Below are positions 1-13,956 of a stretch of DNA of 64,000 nucleotides, in pieces. Source of the stretch: Octopus sinensis (taxonomy: Eukaryota). The notes under the pieces are model-generated. The model worked only from the letters and a program-made list of their open reading frames with translations, was not told where the DNA came from and made no database searches. Every line of letters starts with the position of its first letter. Within the stretch, counting starts at the first letter, position 1. The DNA lies in NCBI RefSeq assembly GCF_006345805.1, contig NC_043004.1, forward strand, positions 11,036,001 to 11,100,000, in the 5' to 3' direction. The position numbers and the translations under genes are program-made.

Positions 1-1387
1 ATATCTGTAAGGGACGGGGTTATGTTTGTTGGTTTCGAGATAACCTTACTATGTCTCAATGAATGCAAGAATGTTTTTAGCACAACGACTAATATTCCCA
101 AAATAATGCATAACAAAAAAAATCTCGTGTCCGATGTTTTCCTGGTGAAAAAAAGGTGGATTGTACCAAAAACATCGTGAAAAACTATAAATAATAATTA
201 TAATCAAACTCTCTGCTTCTCTCTCTCTCATTCTCTCTTATGATGGCAGCTTATGAAACACGCAAATTGTCTGAGTCACAAATGCGTTGAACACTTTTGT
301 ACATATCTACGTCCTGTTGCTGTTAGAGATAAATTAGAACGATGTCGTACTAATGACGCCTCTTAAGGTAGAAATATATGTTCGCTACTGACAATAAGCT
401 AGTAGTTTTCTTTAATAATTTGGCAATATCATAAAATTTTGCTCCTCGTGATGGTCATTCCTCCTCATATGGACTATCCTTAAATTACCCTTTGTTAATT
501 ATATCATATTTTAGAGTTCAGTACTAAATCCAATGGTAGAAGTGCAAAACAGACGTTTGCTACGTCACATTATGAGATTACCTAACCAGGTACGGAAAAT
601 ACGCAACGAAGTATAGTTTCCTGTGAAGTGCGGGTCACCATTGCCACTGTATTTCATTTTAATTCAGATGAAATAAATATATGACTTAAATCACGTACGT
701 CTTTGTCAACGTTACATGAAACTTTCCCACAGAGATTATACTTGGATAAACGGAAACTTTATAGTTCCAGCGATATCGAATTGCTTTCTTAAATAGTTCG
801 TTGTTGCTTAGAAATCAACAGACATGTATTCCAATACTGTACCTCATAACGAATTATACGTGTCCTTAATTAGTACTTGTAATGTCTTATATGATATGTA
901 TTAAAATCTTCGCTGTTAATTAGTAATTATTCATATTCTTGGAATTAAAACTCATCATAAACTTGGAATGCAAGCGTGATGTTTCAATAAGACAGTCAAT
1001 AGCAGAATGGCTATTAACCGGGTGCTGCGTGGATACAAATTATTTGAGAAACAGCAAAATTTGTGGTAAGAGAAATGTTAAATTAAACCAGTTGAATATT
1101 AATAGCTGATTTTGTCAGTACCTAATTAGCATCTTCAGCACATTAATACTTAGAATATTTGTGCGCATGCACCTATGTAAATATAAGTTTGGGCTACAAA
1201 GGTCTCTGTTCCACAGTATGGTTTTTGAGTTCAGCCCCAGTGCGAGGCATCTTGGCATCTTGTCTTCATTATCCGCTTCAAGAGTACTGTATGAGCGTAG
1301 TTGGCTCGCTGGAAACTGTAGAGAAGACAGATGTTGTAAGTATGCATGTTGTATGTCTGCATTTCTCTCTCTCTCTCCCTCTTAGTC

Positions 1388-1418
<31 letters not shown>

Positions 1419-1696
1419 TTATGTACGTTCAGGATCAATTCCTTGTATTCAGTTCCATCAAACCACCAATACCCGATTTAAGGCTGAACCTTCCGAGCAT
1501 GCATGAGACTGATCGGCCACAGCCGGACGCACCGTGATCCATCTTTTCTTCCCCCATGTGATGCCCTTGGTCATCGTCAACAATGACGGATGAACATTAT
1601 TATAATGTATGTATGATATTCGTATATTTGTCTGTCTTCATGCTTCTGTCTAGAGACCCAACTTGAAAGACATCCTGTAACTCAGTGCTCCATCTT

Positions 1697-1879
1697 CGTG
1701 TTAATTGCGAAATCACAGGTGATAAGGAGCTAAATTCTGTTTTTAAATGACTCGCTTTGAGAGTTGCATTCGGTACAATATGCTTATATTTAGTAGTTAT
1801 GACTTTAAGAGTCCCTCCGAGTGTGTGGCATTTATGTGTAATAATGCCCTCTATACAATATAATTAAATATTTTCAAAG
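1697..1879. mobile_element. Solo arm of the foldback element at 6845-7223
   Basis: About 180 bp closely matching the right arm of the 6845-7223 element in the same orientation (cgtgttaattgcgaaatcacagg...aatattttcaaag). Confidence 0.8.
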
Positions 1880-1931
1880 CAACCCTGCTATACTCTTTCA
1901 CAACAACTTTCTGGAAGTACATATGTCTAGA

Positions 1932-2275
1932 AGTAGTATTTTCAGTAGTGTTTGTTTGTTTGTCCGTGGATAAGAAATCTCAAGAACCGCTGGATGGATT
2001 CAGATGAAACTCTCAGAGTTGTTTGACCTCGTGACTAGCACAAACCGATTAGATTTTAGGATCGATCCGGTACCGAACAAGGATTCTGGATTAATTTTCC
2101 TGCTATCTTTTATTTAATGTTTGAGAGCAGTCGGGTTCATTTTTAGTATTCCCGTTTGTGAGAGTAGTCAAGTTTATTTCTAAACATTCTTATTTTAAAA
2201 AGCATATACGGCTAATTGTTGAGAGGGCGTTAGTGTTGCCTTGTCGGAGGCTAGCGCTCTCTGAGTGCTCTTGTT
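1932..2275 (+). mobile_element. Helentron-associated (HINE/DINE-1-like) non-autonomous element
   Basis: (GTTT)n followed by atctcaagaaccgctggatggattcagatgaaac, and a 3' end ggaggctagcgctctctgagtgctc resembling the terminus of this element class. Family assignment is from recall. Confidence 0.5.
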
Positions 2276-2715
2276 ACTGTAATTGTTTTGACGAATATCA
2301 GATTTAAATTTAGAATTAGCTCACTTTCTGTCCTTAGCTCATAGAACAGCAAAAAAGATGTACGATAAACATAAAAGAATTTTTGATAAGCTCTTCATCC
2401 TTCAACTAGATTGTTGATGATGAACTTATAACATAGCAGAAAGTGTCCTTCATCATCCCTATTCAATAATTCTCCTTCCCACGCCAACACGCTTTACGCA
2501 CTAAGCATCTTTTGTGATAAGAACGTTCGCTATTACGATATTACAGTTCTTATATATTCCCTAATGTATTCCTTTTCAAATGATTTTTATGTTTACATAT
2601 TGCATTGCATATGTTTAGGAATTGTTATCTTCATGCATATAAATTGTGTTGTATTGTTTGTTTTCGTTTTGCTGCTCTTTCGGGAAAAAAAACCTATCAG
2701 AGCACGTTACTCCTA

Positions 2716-3072
2716 CTCTTTTACTCCGTTACTTGTTTCAGTCATTTGACTGCGGCCATGCTGGAGCACCGCCGTTAGTCGAGCAAATTAACACCAAGAC
2801 TTATTCTTTGTAAGCCTAGTACTTATTCTATCGGTCTCTGTTGCCGAACCGCTAGGTTACGGGGAAGTAAACACACCAGCATCGGTTGTCAAGCGATGTT
2901 GGAGGGACAAACACAGACACACAAACATATGCACACACACACTCGCGCGCACACACACACACACATATATATATATATACATACATATATACGGCGGGCT
3001 TCTTTCAGTTTCCGTCTACCAAATCCACTCACAAGTCTTTAGTCAGCCTGAGGCTATAGTAGAAAACACTTA
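2716..3072 (-). mobile_element. Octopus OK-like tRNA-derived SINE, head truncated
   Basis: Tail acttgtttcagtcatttgactgcggccatgctggagcacc, internal (CA/TA)n and body cttctttcagtttccgtctaccaaatccactcacaag, shared with many copies here. Confidence 0.85.
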
Positions 3073-3195
3073 CGGTAAGGTTTTTAGGAGCTTATTATTT
3101 TATAAAAAAAAAAAAGAAATGGAATCTTACATTGGTTAATGTAATTAGACAAAATTGTCTTAAATATATATATATATATATATATTTCTACATAC

Positions 3196-3218
3196 GCACA
3201 TAAATATGCTGTTGTTGT

Positions 3219-3302
<84 letters not shown>

Positions 3303-3322
3303 ACTACTACTACTACTACTAC

Positions 3323-3401
<79 letters not shown>

Positions 3402-3420
3402 GTTGTTGCTGTTGTTGTTA
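3196..3420. repeat. Compound trinucleotide microsatellite (TTG)(CTA)n(CTG)n(CTA)n(TTA)n(TTG)n
   Basis: Read directly; source of the poly-L/Y/N/V pseudo-ORFs. Confidence 0.95.
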
Positions 3421-3945
3421 TCGAGTACCAACCAACGTCGATAGGTTCCTGGTAGGGTGGTTTGATCAGCTATGACATAGAAGGAAACAAATGCAAATAT
3501 TAACAACGTCCAGAAGTTCAATAACTGTTGACAGAGAGTTCAAATAAGGCATCTAACTCTAGCAAAGCGAACTTCTTTGACACACAGTTAAGTTTTGGCT
3601 GTTATTTCTAACACTTCGATCCACTTTGTAGATGCCTGTTGGTTTTGTTTTTCATAGGTTAAGTGGAGATTTCAATCTGTAATGTCATTTAAATTGTCTC
3701 CATCCCGTTTGCTTTCACGTTTAAAGTGTGTTATATAGATGTAGCTTGTATATTTATTACATCAACATTAATATCAACATTGTTATTGCTTGTACACTAC
3801 TTTTCGAGCGTAGTTTTGCCGTTCGGTGAGCTGCAGAAATGATTGTTGTTAATTTTAACCTAATAGGGAATTGTTGAACAACATTTCCGTTGTACAAATT
3901 ATGGTCCCATAAGGCACCGAGAGCAGTTCAAATTGTATTCACTTA

Positions 3946-4050
<105 letters not shown>

Positions 4051-4801
4051 CATATAATTGTCACCAGGCAGGGTTGATAGTGAGAGAGAATGCAAGAAAA
4101 GGAAAGAAACATAGAAAAAAACACACACACAGTGACGAAGAATAGGATGGGGGGAAATGTTATTGTTACAAGTTGAACATTTCCTCACCTGGCTCGATGT
4201 CTGGAAAAAGTATTAACAGCAAACACATACCACCTCCACCATCGTTACTCTAATTGTAGCTACAGAAGATATGAAAGAAAAAAAAAACAACAACGATGGA
4301 GAGACCAACAACAATAGCATCACACTAACAACAACAACAGCATTATATAGACGGCTGCCGCTTTTGCCACCAGCAGAGTTAAACGCAAACAAATGAGACA
4401 GGGATTACGACCAGAACAGCTAGCAGGGACAGCATCCGCTCCACCAATTATGCTGCTGCCAACAAAAGCAGAGCATGAACCACCACCATCCTCACCCACA
4501 TAAGCAACATCGTTCGCAAAATCACGCAGCAATGTTTGGAGCATCCTTTTGTAGACAAAACGCAATTGAAACAGAATGACAAGAAAACCATTTGTCGTGA
4601 CCTAACATACTTCCTTTTCGAAAGGAAGTAAACCACAACCAGACACAATTTCTATTAAGCCTATGTGCATGCGAAAGAAAGTCAAGAGGGTTGAAAATCC
4701 TATGTAAGCGTCGACCAAATATTGTACGAAGGACTTCTAGATATGTATGAAAATGTGGGCAATTTTGATTAGTACTATATTTGTTACGTTAAAGAAGAGA
4801 A

Positions 4802-5135
4802 GTGGAGGTGCAATGGTCCGGTGGTTAGGGCAACGGACTCGCGGTCGTAGGATCACGATTTCGATTCCAAGACAGGGCGTTCTGAATGTTTATTGAGCGA
4901 AAACACTTAAAGCTCCACGAGGTTCCAGCAGGGGGTGGGGTGGCGAACCTTGCTATACTTTTTCACAACAACTTTCTGTTACTCTTTCTTCCTGTTTCTG
5001 TTGTACCTGTATTTCAAAGGGGCCAGCCTTGTCACACTCTGTTTTACGCTGAATCTTCCCGAGAACTACGTTATGAGTATACATGTGTGTGGAGTGCTCA
5101 GTCACTTGCACATTAATTTCACGAGCAGGCTGTTC
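4802..5135 (+). mobile_element. OR-like tRNA-derived SINE, 3' truncated
   Basis: A-box-like tggtccggtggttagg, B-box-like tttcgattcc; body matches the 28845-29235 copy up to caggctgttc. Confidence 0.85.
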
Positions 5136-6342
5136 AAAATTTAACTAACAATTTAAAATAGGGAGGTATCTGGGAAAGCCGTGTTTTAGTAGAGACGTTA
5201 CATAGCAACTTAAAAGCAACAACAGAACACACGACTACAAAAACAGCAGAACACACGACCGCAACTCCAAGTAGACCAATAATATGTTGATAATCTAGGA
5301 GATGTACACAGAGCGATAAAATCTTCCTGCATACATAGCCCAGTGTTTGAGGATTAGAGCCTATTGGAGTTAGGCCATACAGATGTAGTGACGTATAAGA
5401 CAGATTCAACAATGAGTTGAGCGTGTCATTGGGTACTCTCCAATTGTTTGCTTTTGGTCGTGGAAAGCAAGAAATTTGACTCAGTTTGGGGGACATTACG
5501 ATCATTATAGTAGGGCAAACAAGAAAGAACTATCTATAAACAGAACGATTTCTCTTCAGCACAATTTAGGCAGGAAGGCAATGATGGAGAGATAGCTACT
5601 GTTGCCCATTGAAGTTGCAGAAGGTTGAAGGCTGGTTGCGAGAATGGAACTTACTTTCAGTTTGCCGCTGAACTTAAGTTTCGGTGAATACATTTTATAA
5701 GATCTAGGGAGAGATAGGAATTTACGAGGTTCTTCGATTAGCTACAAGTGGACGTCTTGAAAACAGAAAAATGAGGCTTTTCACTGTTATGACGCCTGAT
5801 TTCCATACGCCGCCCAAGACTAATTGGAACTTAATCTTGTGATATCTTCTAATTCATTGACCTTGCCAAAATAATAAATAAAAGTGATTATTTATATTAT
5901 TGCTAGAATTTTTTCATAGATGACTCTATTTTTTGCGTTTTTCATTATTTTATTTTTGATTTTTTTTTTACACACCATTCATTATTTAAACGAATATTAA
6001 TCACTTGAAATAAACATACACGCAAAAAAGAAAAAAAAAGGAGAAAAGGGGAGATCTATCTGAGACACTTCAAAAAGTATTTTCTAATCTTGGTTGTTTC
6101 TTTTCTGTTTTTCTTTCTTTTGTCTTTGTTTGTATATGTCTTTGATTCTTGGGCTCGTGTGTCTCTACGTATAAGTGTGTGTGTGTGTGTTTGAATTTCT
6201 GTCTTTTTTGTCTCAGGCGTAATGTCATCTAATATCACAGTTTTTGTCATATTCTCTCCATAAACATACTTCCTTTCGACTCCTAGACTAAAGCTCTCTC
6301 CTATTATATCGCACGCACTCTCTGTCTCTCACCTCTTCACCT

Positions 6343-6509
<167 letters not shown>

Positions 6510-6809
6510 GTATTTCGTTTAAATATTCTACTTTTATATCTCAGTGCCTCGGTACGTAAGCTTGTATAAATATTTATATGCGTGTGGGTGTGTTTGTGCG
6601 AGTGGGTGTATGTGGGGTGTGTGTGTATGTATACGTACATAAGTAAACATATATATATATATACATATATATACATATACATACATGCATACATATATAT
6701 ACATATACATACATACATATATATATACATATACATACATATATATACATATACATACATACATACATATATATACATATACATACATACATATATATAC
6801 ATATACATT

Positions 6810-6844
<35 letters not shown>

Positions 6845-6848
<4 letters not shown>

Positions 6849-7223
6849 GAGGGCATTATTACACATAAATGCCACACGCTAGGAGGGACTCTTAAAGTCA
6901 TAACTACCAATTATAAACACATTGTACCGAATGCAACTCTCAAAGCGAGTCATTTAAAAACAGAATTTAGCTCCATATCACCTGTGATTTCGCAATTAAC
7001 ACGTTATACGCGTCCCTTGCTCTTCCCTGGATTCGCTTCACTGAAGAGCAAGGGACGCGTATAACGTGTTGATTGCGAAATCACAGGCGATATGGAGCTA
7101 AATTATGTTTTTAAATGACTCGCATTGAGAGTTGCATTCGGTACAATGTGTTGATATTTGGTAGTTATGACTTTAAGAGTCCCTTCTAGCGTGTGGCATT
7201 TATGTGTAATAATGCTCTCTATA
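6845..7223. mobile_element. Foldback/MITE-like element with two ~180-bp inverted arms
   Basis: 6845-7025 is the reverse complement of 7043-7223, with scattered mismatches in the outer part and a perfect inner stem, around a 17-nt loop (7026-7042). Confidence 0.85.
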
Positions 7224-8786
7224 CAATATAATTAAATATTTTCAAAGAAAAAAAATTACAGTTTTTTTCTCTTATGAGGTTTTTCACGCTAACTACTCGA
7301 TAATTTCTTGTTAAGATTTCTTATTAAGATTTTATCCTATTTTTAAATTTATATATATATATATATATATATATAGTTTCGAATTTCTCTATTTTTTTTT
7401 AATTAACTATTTACTGCACAACTTGTTTTAAATGCCTAATTCTTGGATTTCTTGCTACAATTGGGTTACCTCACCTAATTCATTCTCAGTACGCCATTTC
7501 TGCACCTTTGATTTTACACAAACACATACACACACGCGTACAAATACATACACATATATATTATACATGTGTATGTATATATTCCCTTTTGCATTTATAC
7601 TCAAATCCCTACGCATGTACACACTTTTGTCATGGTTACATACAACTTTTAACTTTTTATATACTTAAAACTTTTCTGGACATTTTAATGTTTACTTTCC
7701 TCTATGACACAGTTCCTATTCGCGTTCGTATTACAAACGAATTACAGTTAAGTGAGCCACTTCTTTTGTATTCACATTTAACCAGACAAACTCTCGCAGA
7801 ATAATCTACAAGATATTTGCTTGTCGTGTCAGTCGCAAGTCTGACCACAACGACCTCAATTAACTTCCTTTAAAAAAGATAAAAGAAGAGATTTAAAGAC
7901 TATCTGAAAATATTTCTAGAAGGAAGGTTTAGCGTGAAATCAAATATGTGAATCCCCACAGAAACCCTGCATTAATTCCTAACTATTAGTACTAGCATTT
8001 CACACCCGAAATAATCAAAGCGATATTATAAAAATTCGTATGAGAAACGCATTAAAAATTTGAAAAAGATAGTAACTTCTGACGTTGTTGAATCTTTAAT
8101 ACGCAAAACACATACCTTCTGCCATACATATAAAATTACATATTCTCGCAAACTGTTATATAAAGATGGCTTATATTGGTGAGCTTTTACCTTTAGAACA
8201 CCGAGTCATGCTTCGCGAGTTGTAATCCGTTGTATGTATGTCTTGGTGGGACCAAACATATTACTTATTGTCACAATGCAATGGTTTTGTGTTCCAGGGA
8301 ACGAATTATCTCCCTTTACCTTAATCATGAGCTACCCTTGAACAGTCTCTAATGGCAGCCGCTGTATATCTATTCCATTTTGTCTTACATATTGCATTTT
8401 AGCCAGCATAGCAATTGATGCTAGCGAAGCCGTTAAGAATGGCGCATTACAAGCTGAGAGATGACATTTGGCCTTCTCTCAGATACTCTGTAGTGCATGC
8501 CTTTAAACGTTGATCAGATAACATTAGCTCAGTTTTTATAGTTGTACTTACTGTTAATAAAGAAGGCAAAGACGAATAGCAAAGTACAGGTGACCAGCTG
8601 AGAGGTACTCTTTAAAATTGAACTAAGATAAAGATATGGATATGGTCAGAAAATGGATAGACGCATGCCGAAAGGTTATAGGCTAACAACATGTATCAAA
8701 AATAGTCAAAAAGGGTGATTCTACGTATCCGAACTACTAGCAAAATTTTGTGGGCAAATATTCTCTCAAGTCTAACACAATGAGAT

Positions 8787-8956
8787 AAGCGTAGGAGTGG
8801 CTGTGTGGTAAGTAGCTTGCTTACGAACCTCATGGTTCCGGGTTCAGTCCAACTGCGTTGTACCTTGGGCAAGTGTCTTCTACTATACCCTCATGCCGAC
8901 CAAAGCCTCGTGAGTGGATTTGGAAGATGGAAACTGAAAGAAGCCTGTCGTATATA

Positions 8957-9033
<77 letters not shown>

Positions 9034-9267
9034 GTACGTGTGTGTATATCTTTGTGTTTTTGCTGTTGTCCCCCAACATCGCTTGTCAACCGATGCTGGT
9101 CTGTTTACGTCCCCGTAACTTAGCGGTTCGGCAGAAGAGACCGAGAGAATAAGTACTAGGTTTACAAGGAATAAGTCCTGGGGTCGATTTGCTTGACTAA
9201 AGGCGGTGCTCCAGCATGGCCACAGTCAAATGACTGAAACAAGTAAAAGAGTAAAAGACTAAAAGAG
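8787..9267 (+). mobile_element. OK-like tRNA-derived SINE, full length
   Basis: Head aggagtggctgtgtggtaag (A box), ggttcagtcc (B box), internal (TA)n, tail ending in (GTAAAAGA)-type repeats. Confidence 0.9.
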
Positions 9268-9664
9268 AATGTCAGGAAAATAAGCTCTTGGATTATGTGG
9301 TTTTAGACACTCTATTTAGAAATTTTATATTGGGATGGCTAAAATGCATTTTTGCCATAGATTTCTAAGATCAGCAGCGACTTCGAGTTGAATAATTGCA
9401 ACAATGGGATACGATAGTTGTCCTCACCGGGAGTACTAATATATGAAAAATATGTATCCTACATGATTCTATATAATATCAGTTGATCAAAATTTCACTG
9501 AAAACCAGTTTCTCGGCCGGATTCTGAGATAGAACCTAAGACGCCCCAGTGGAGATCGAAATCATATTCTCGTGAACACAAAGAAGCTTCTTAATCAGAC
9601 AGCCATGATGCCACTACTGTATTATTGTATAGTTTCTATTTGCTCTAATGCATCAGAATTCATA

Positions 9665-9706
<42 letters not shown>

Positions 9707-10373
9707 TATATATATATATATGTATATATATATAGCTAGATAGATAGATGAATATATAGATAGAAACACATACATATATATAGTAACATAAAGAGGAGTG
9801 CATACATAAATGAATAGATAAAAACTCATATACGCATGCACGCGTATACATACATGAATGCCCACAAACGTACACGCATATACACGTATTACTTCGGGTT
9901 CCTCTACGGAATTTGAAAGGAAATTTCGGCAAAATTAGAAGAACGTTATTGTACAACAAAAAGAGAATTACTTTTCATTACTTTTGCTGAATAATTATGA
10001 AGGGAAGCAAACATTTACCATAATTGATTTGATGTGTATGGAATATAATGGGACGGCCGCGAACACTTGTTTGCTAAATGAACGCCACAAATTTCCACTA
10101 TCCTTGACAGGTAGTTTTGGTATTTATCGTCTTAGCTTGATTGCATCGGTGGGGCTTCTTTAATCTACGACATATTGGTCTATTGTGCTATTGTCATTTG
10201 AAGAATATTAGCAAACACGCACCTTCTCTCCTCTGCTCAGCTCAGCTCATTTGCCTTTTCATTATGTAACAAGGCGTAACAAAGCGCAAAACTCCCGTGT
10301 TTTATACATACATACATACATTAATACTTAGGTGCATACAGGAAGAGCCGTTCTTATACATACACCAAGATTC

Positions 10374-10434
<61 letters not shown>

Positions 10435-10598
10435 TGTGTGTGTGTGTGTAGGAGTGTGTATGTTTGATGCTTGTGTGCGTGTATGTGTGTGTTTGTATGT
10501 GCGTATTTCTCCTCTTCGCTGCAACTGCTTCTCTGTACAGACGCGCAGACACACGCTCACAAACACACACACACACAAACACTCATACACCCACACAA

Positions 10599-10648
<50 letters not shown>

Positions 10649-11592
10649 GCACAAGCACATGCATACATTCTTAAATCTATACACACATATATATTCATAA
10701 ATATATATACATATATATATACACACCTACGTATACACACGTACATACATACATACATACATACATACATACATACGTACATACATATATAAATACATAC
10801 TCATGCGTGCACTTGTATATACACAAAGTGGGTTTCGGTATGAAATTAACGAAGGTAATATATTAGGATACAACAAGAGGCCATATACACATATTGACGT
10901 ATAAATGTCGCTACACACGTACACATATGCACTAATATATATATGCACATGTACACCTAAATAGTCATATTAGAGCTTTGCTCGGTGCAACAATCGAATA
11001 GCAATACGAGATGAGAGCTTTAGAATAATTGTCTTGATGAGGAAAGCAAATTAGATTTATACTTTGAAATTTTATCGCCAATAAAGCTGCAAGCAACGTA
11101 ATGACTAACAGAACTCGTGGTCAAACATTTCGGGAGATATGATGGGTGTAAAGAGAAAAGCGGAGGAGAGTAGTAGTAGTAGTAGTAGTAGTAGTTAGTA
11201 GTAGCAGAATTTGCAGCTAAATTGATAAGGGCGGTGAGTTGTAGCTCCTAAGCATACGTAATCGCTGGGAATGGCTTGGCTTGGCTTCAGGCATTTATTG
11301 TCGACAATGTCTACTTCGAGTTCAAATCCAAGTGGATTTTTACTGTGCATGACTTATTCAGGTTTTTCTGCGTCATTGATGCTATTTTTGTTGTTTAGTG
11401 CCAGGTCGTCTCTAATCTAGCAAAACAATCTATTTATGTCGTCTCTGGAAGAAGGCTTACCTATTGATGAGTCTTATTGTTGCCCACGAAAAATGCTTGT
11501 TTATCAAATTGTCGTAGCATGTCTTATAATTTATAATAAATACGTATATCATTCTTCTTATCATTACCAGTATTTAAGAGAACATCTATTTA

Positions 11593-11671
<79 letters not shown>

Positions 11672-12624
11672 ATATTTATATATATATAAGTTTATATATA
11701 GACATATATAGGTGTATATATTATATATATATATATATGTCTACGTATGTATATATGTCTACGTATGTATTCATGTATGTAAATATGTCTATCAATCTCT
11801 ACGTCAGTCACTCTTTATATAATCTGTGTGTGTGCGTATATAATATATATATATATAATATATATATATATAATATATATATACATGTATGTATGTACAT
11901 ATGTATTTATTATGTGTGTGTATATTATCTCTTTCGTGTGTTTTTTTTTTTGCTTTTGTTTATCATATATAATAATGTACCTATATATTTGACATTATTT
12001 AAGTGTGCATATTTTTATACATAACGTCTCTCTCTCTCACTCTCTGTATACATGTGTGAGTGTGTGTTAGTGTGTGTGTGTTAGTGTGTGTGTGCATATA
12101 TATATATATATATTTATGTATGTATGTATATATGTGTGTCTATACATATGGATATATATATATGTGTATGTATGCATACATATATGATTATAAATATGTA
12201 TATATGTGTATACACACAGACCACACACACACACACACACACACATCACACACACACACACAACACACATATATATAATATATATATAATATATATATAG
12301 ATATATATATATATATATATACATATATATATACATACATATACGCACATATATTTGCTGACATATCAAATATTTACTGTTTGGAAACTGTGCTTTGTAA
12401 AACCGAGCTGTCTACCCTATTAGAGGTGACTTCTATTGGTCGTAGTTCTGAACTAAAACTGGTGCAATAAGAACAATAAAAGTCAGAATAGAATTATTCT
12501 TGCATGATGACCAAGCAGTCAGGTGGAAACTCCAGCAAAAACCAATGGCATATATTAAAGTCTGTCTTTGGTGTTATATTTGAAAGTGGTCTCTGCCATA
12601 ACCATTTTCGACATCGGAAGGAAA

Positions 12625-12727
12625 TAGAGTAGTAGCAGTAGTCGTAGTAGTAGCAGTAGTCGTAGTAGTAGCAGTAGTAGTAGTGGTGGTTGTGGTGGTG
12701 GTGGCAATAGTAGTAGTATTAGTATTT

Positions 12728-12760
<33 letters not shown>

Positions 12761-12775
12761 GTAGTTATAATAGTA
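12625..12775. repeat. (TAG/GTG)n trinucleotide microsatellite
   Basis: Read directly. Confidence 0.9.
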
Positions 12776-12914
12776 CAGTCTAACAATGACGTCTCTGTGC
12801 GGGCATTTGACGTACTAGGTGTAACAGCTAAATCTACCTCAACTCTGGCTTCGGCGGTGTCTCAGTAAAGTTATAACGTGTACTGGGAATCTAGTAGTTG
12901 ATATATATATATAA

Positions 12915-13115
12915 AGGGAAAGTTTACGAAAATAAACAAAAGACGAAGGCAGGTGGAGTACAAACAAACAACTGTATTAGTATAGCGCTCAGGAATAGAT
13001 AAAGTCTTTTACGTTTCGAGCCTACGCTCTTCGACAGAAAGATACGCAGAAAAAAACAAGGAGAGGCACAAGGAGAGAAAACATGCGTGTAGGAGCTAAC
13101 GATCTATCATGGCGT
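12915..13115 (-). mobile_element. Penelope-like element terminal-repeat (pLTR) remnant
   Basis: Contains a minimal hammerhead motif of the kind carried by PLE pLTRs. Boundaries approximate. Confidence 0.5.
13005..13042 (-). ncRNA. Minimal type I hammerhead ribozyme motif (core CUGUCGA)
   Basis: Minus strand reads UCUUU-CUGUCGA-A-GAGC(GUAG)GCUC-GAA-ACGU-A-AAAGA: 5-bp stem I, 4-bp stem II, palindromic ACGU stem III, GUA cleavage triplet. Confidence 0.7.
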
Positions 13116-13459
13116 TATATATATATATAGTCTCGGTAAATAGCACGATGCCTAAATAAGAGTAATATTGTCGAATATTCACCGATAACAATTACAATTT
13201 ATTCTTGGTTACTCTCCTGTCGACTCTGACCTGATAGACATATTACCATGCCATTCCATCAGTAAATTCCCGGTCTGTTTTAATTAGTATGTAGCATTAT
13301 CATCATTAGATAATGTCATAATTAAAAACTTATATATAACATACAGCTGCATCATTATTTGACCATTAAAGCTCCAAAGTTTTGTCATAAGTTTGTACTA
13401 AAAGTCCATGTTTTTTTCTGACTTTTACTGAGCCCTTGTTTCAAATATTGTGTGTGATA

Positions 13460-13956
13460 TTGTTGTTGTAACCCCCTTCGGTCATGAATGACCATGGGAT
13501 TGCACCTAGAAAGTTACCCTCCCAGGCACAAGTCTGGGCAAGGTTGTTTATGGAAGACCAGCAGTCGCCCACGCATACTAGTCTCTCCACGCCACCGATG
13601 TTATCCAAAGGAAAGGCAAAGGCCGATACAGCTTTGCACCAGTGACGTCGCAGCTCATTTAGCTCATTTATTAACGTGCAAGTGGCCGAGCACTCCACAG
13701 GCATGTGTTCCCTTAACGTAGTTCTCATGGAAACTCAGCGTGACACAAAATCTGACAAGGCTGGACCTTTGAAAAACAGGTGCAACAGGAACAGGAAAAA
13801 AGAGTGAGAGAAAGTTGTGGTGAAAGAGCCGGAGCCTCGTGGAGCTTTTAGGTGTTTTCGCTCAATAAACACTCACAATGCCCGGTCTGGGAATCGAAAC
13901 CGCAATCCTTCGACAGCGAGACCGCTGACCTAACCACTGGGCCATTGCGCCTCCAC
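13460..13956 (-). mobile_element. Chimeric SINE: OR-like 5' part joined to the 3' part of a second family
   Basis: 13670-13956 matches the OR-like family (28845-29235); 13460-13669 matches the 3' half of the 58441-58767 family. Confidence 0.8.

Noticed and set aside
4320-4648. Short ORFs in the GC-richer island
   Set aside because: Low-complexity CAG/CAA translations with stops in the alternative frames and no recognisable domain.
7038-7075. CTGAAGAGC in the foldback centre as a hammerhead core
   Set aside because: There is no GAAA half-core at the right place, and the bases are part of the inverted arm.
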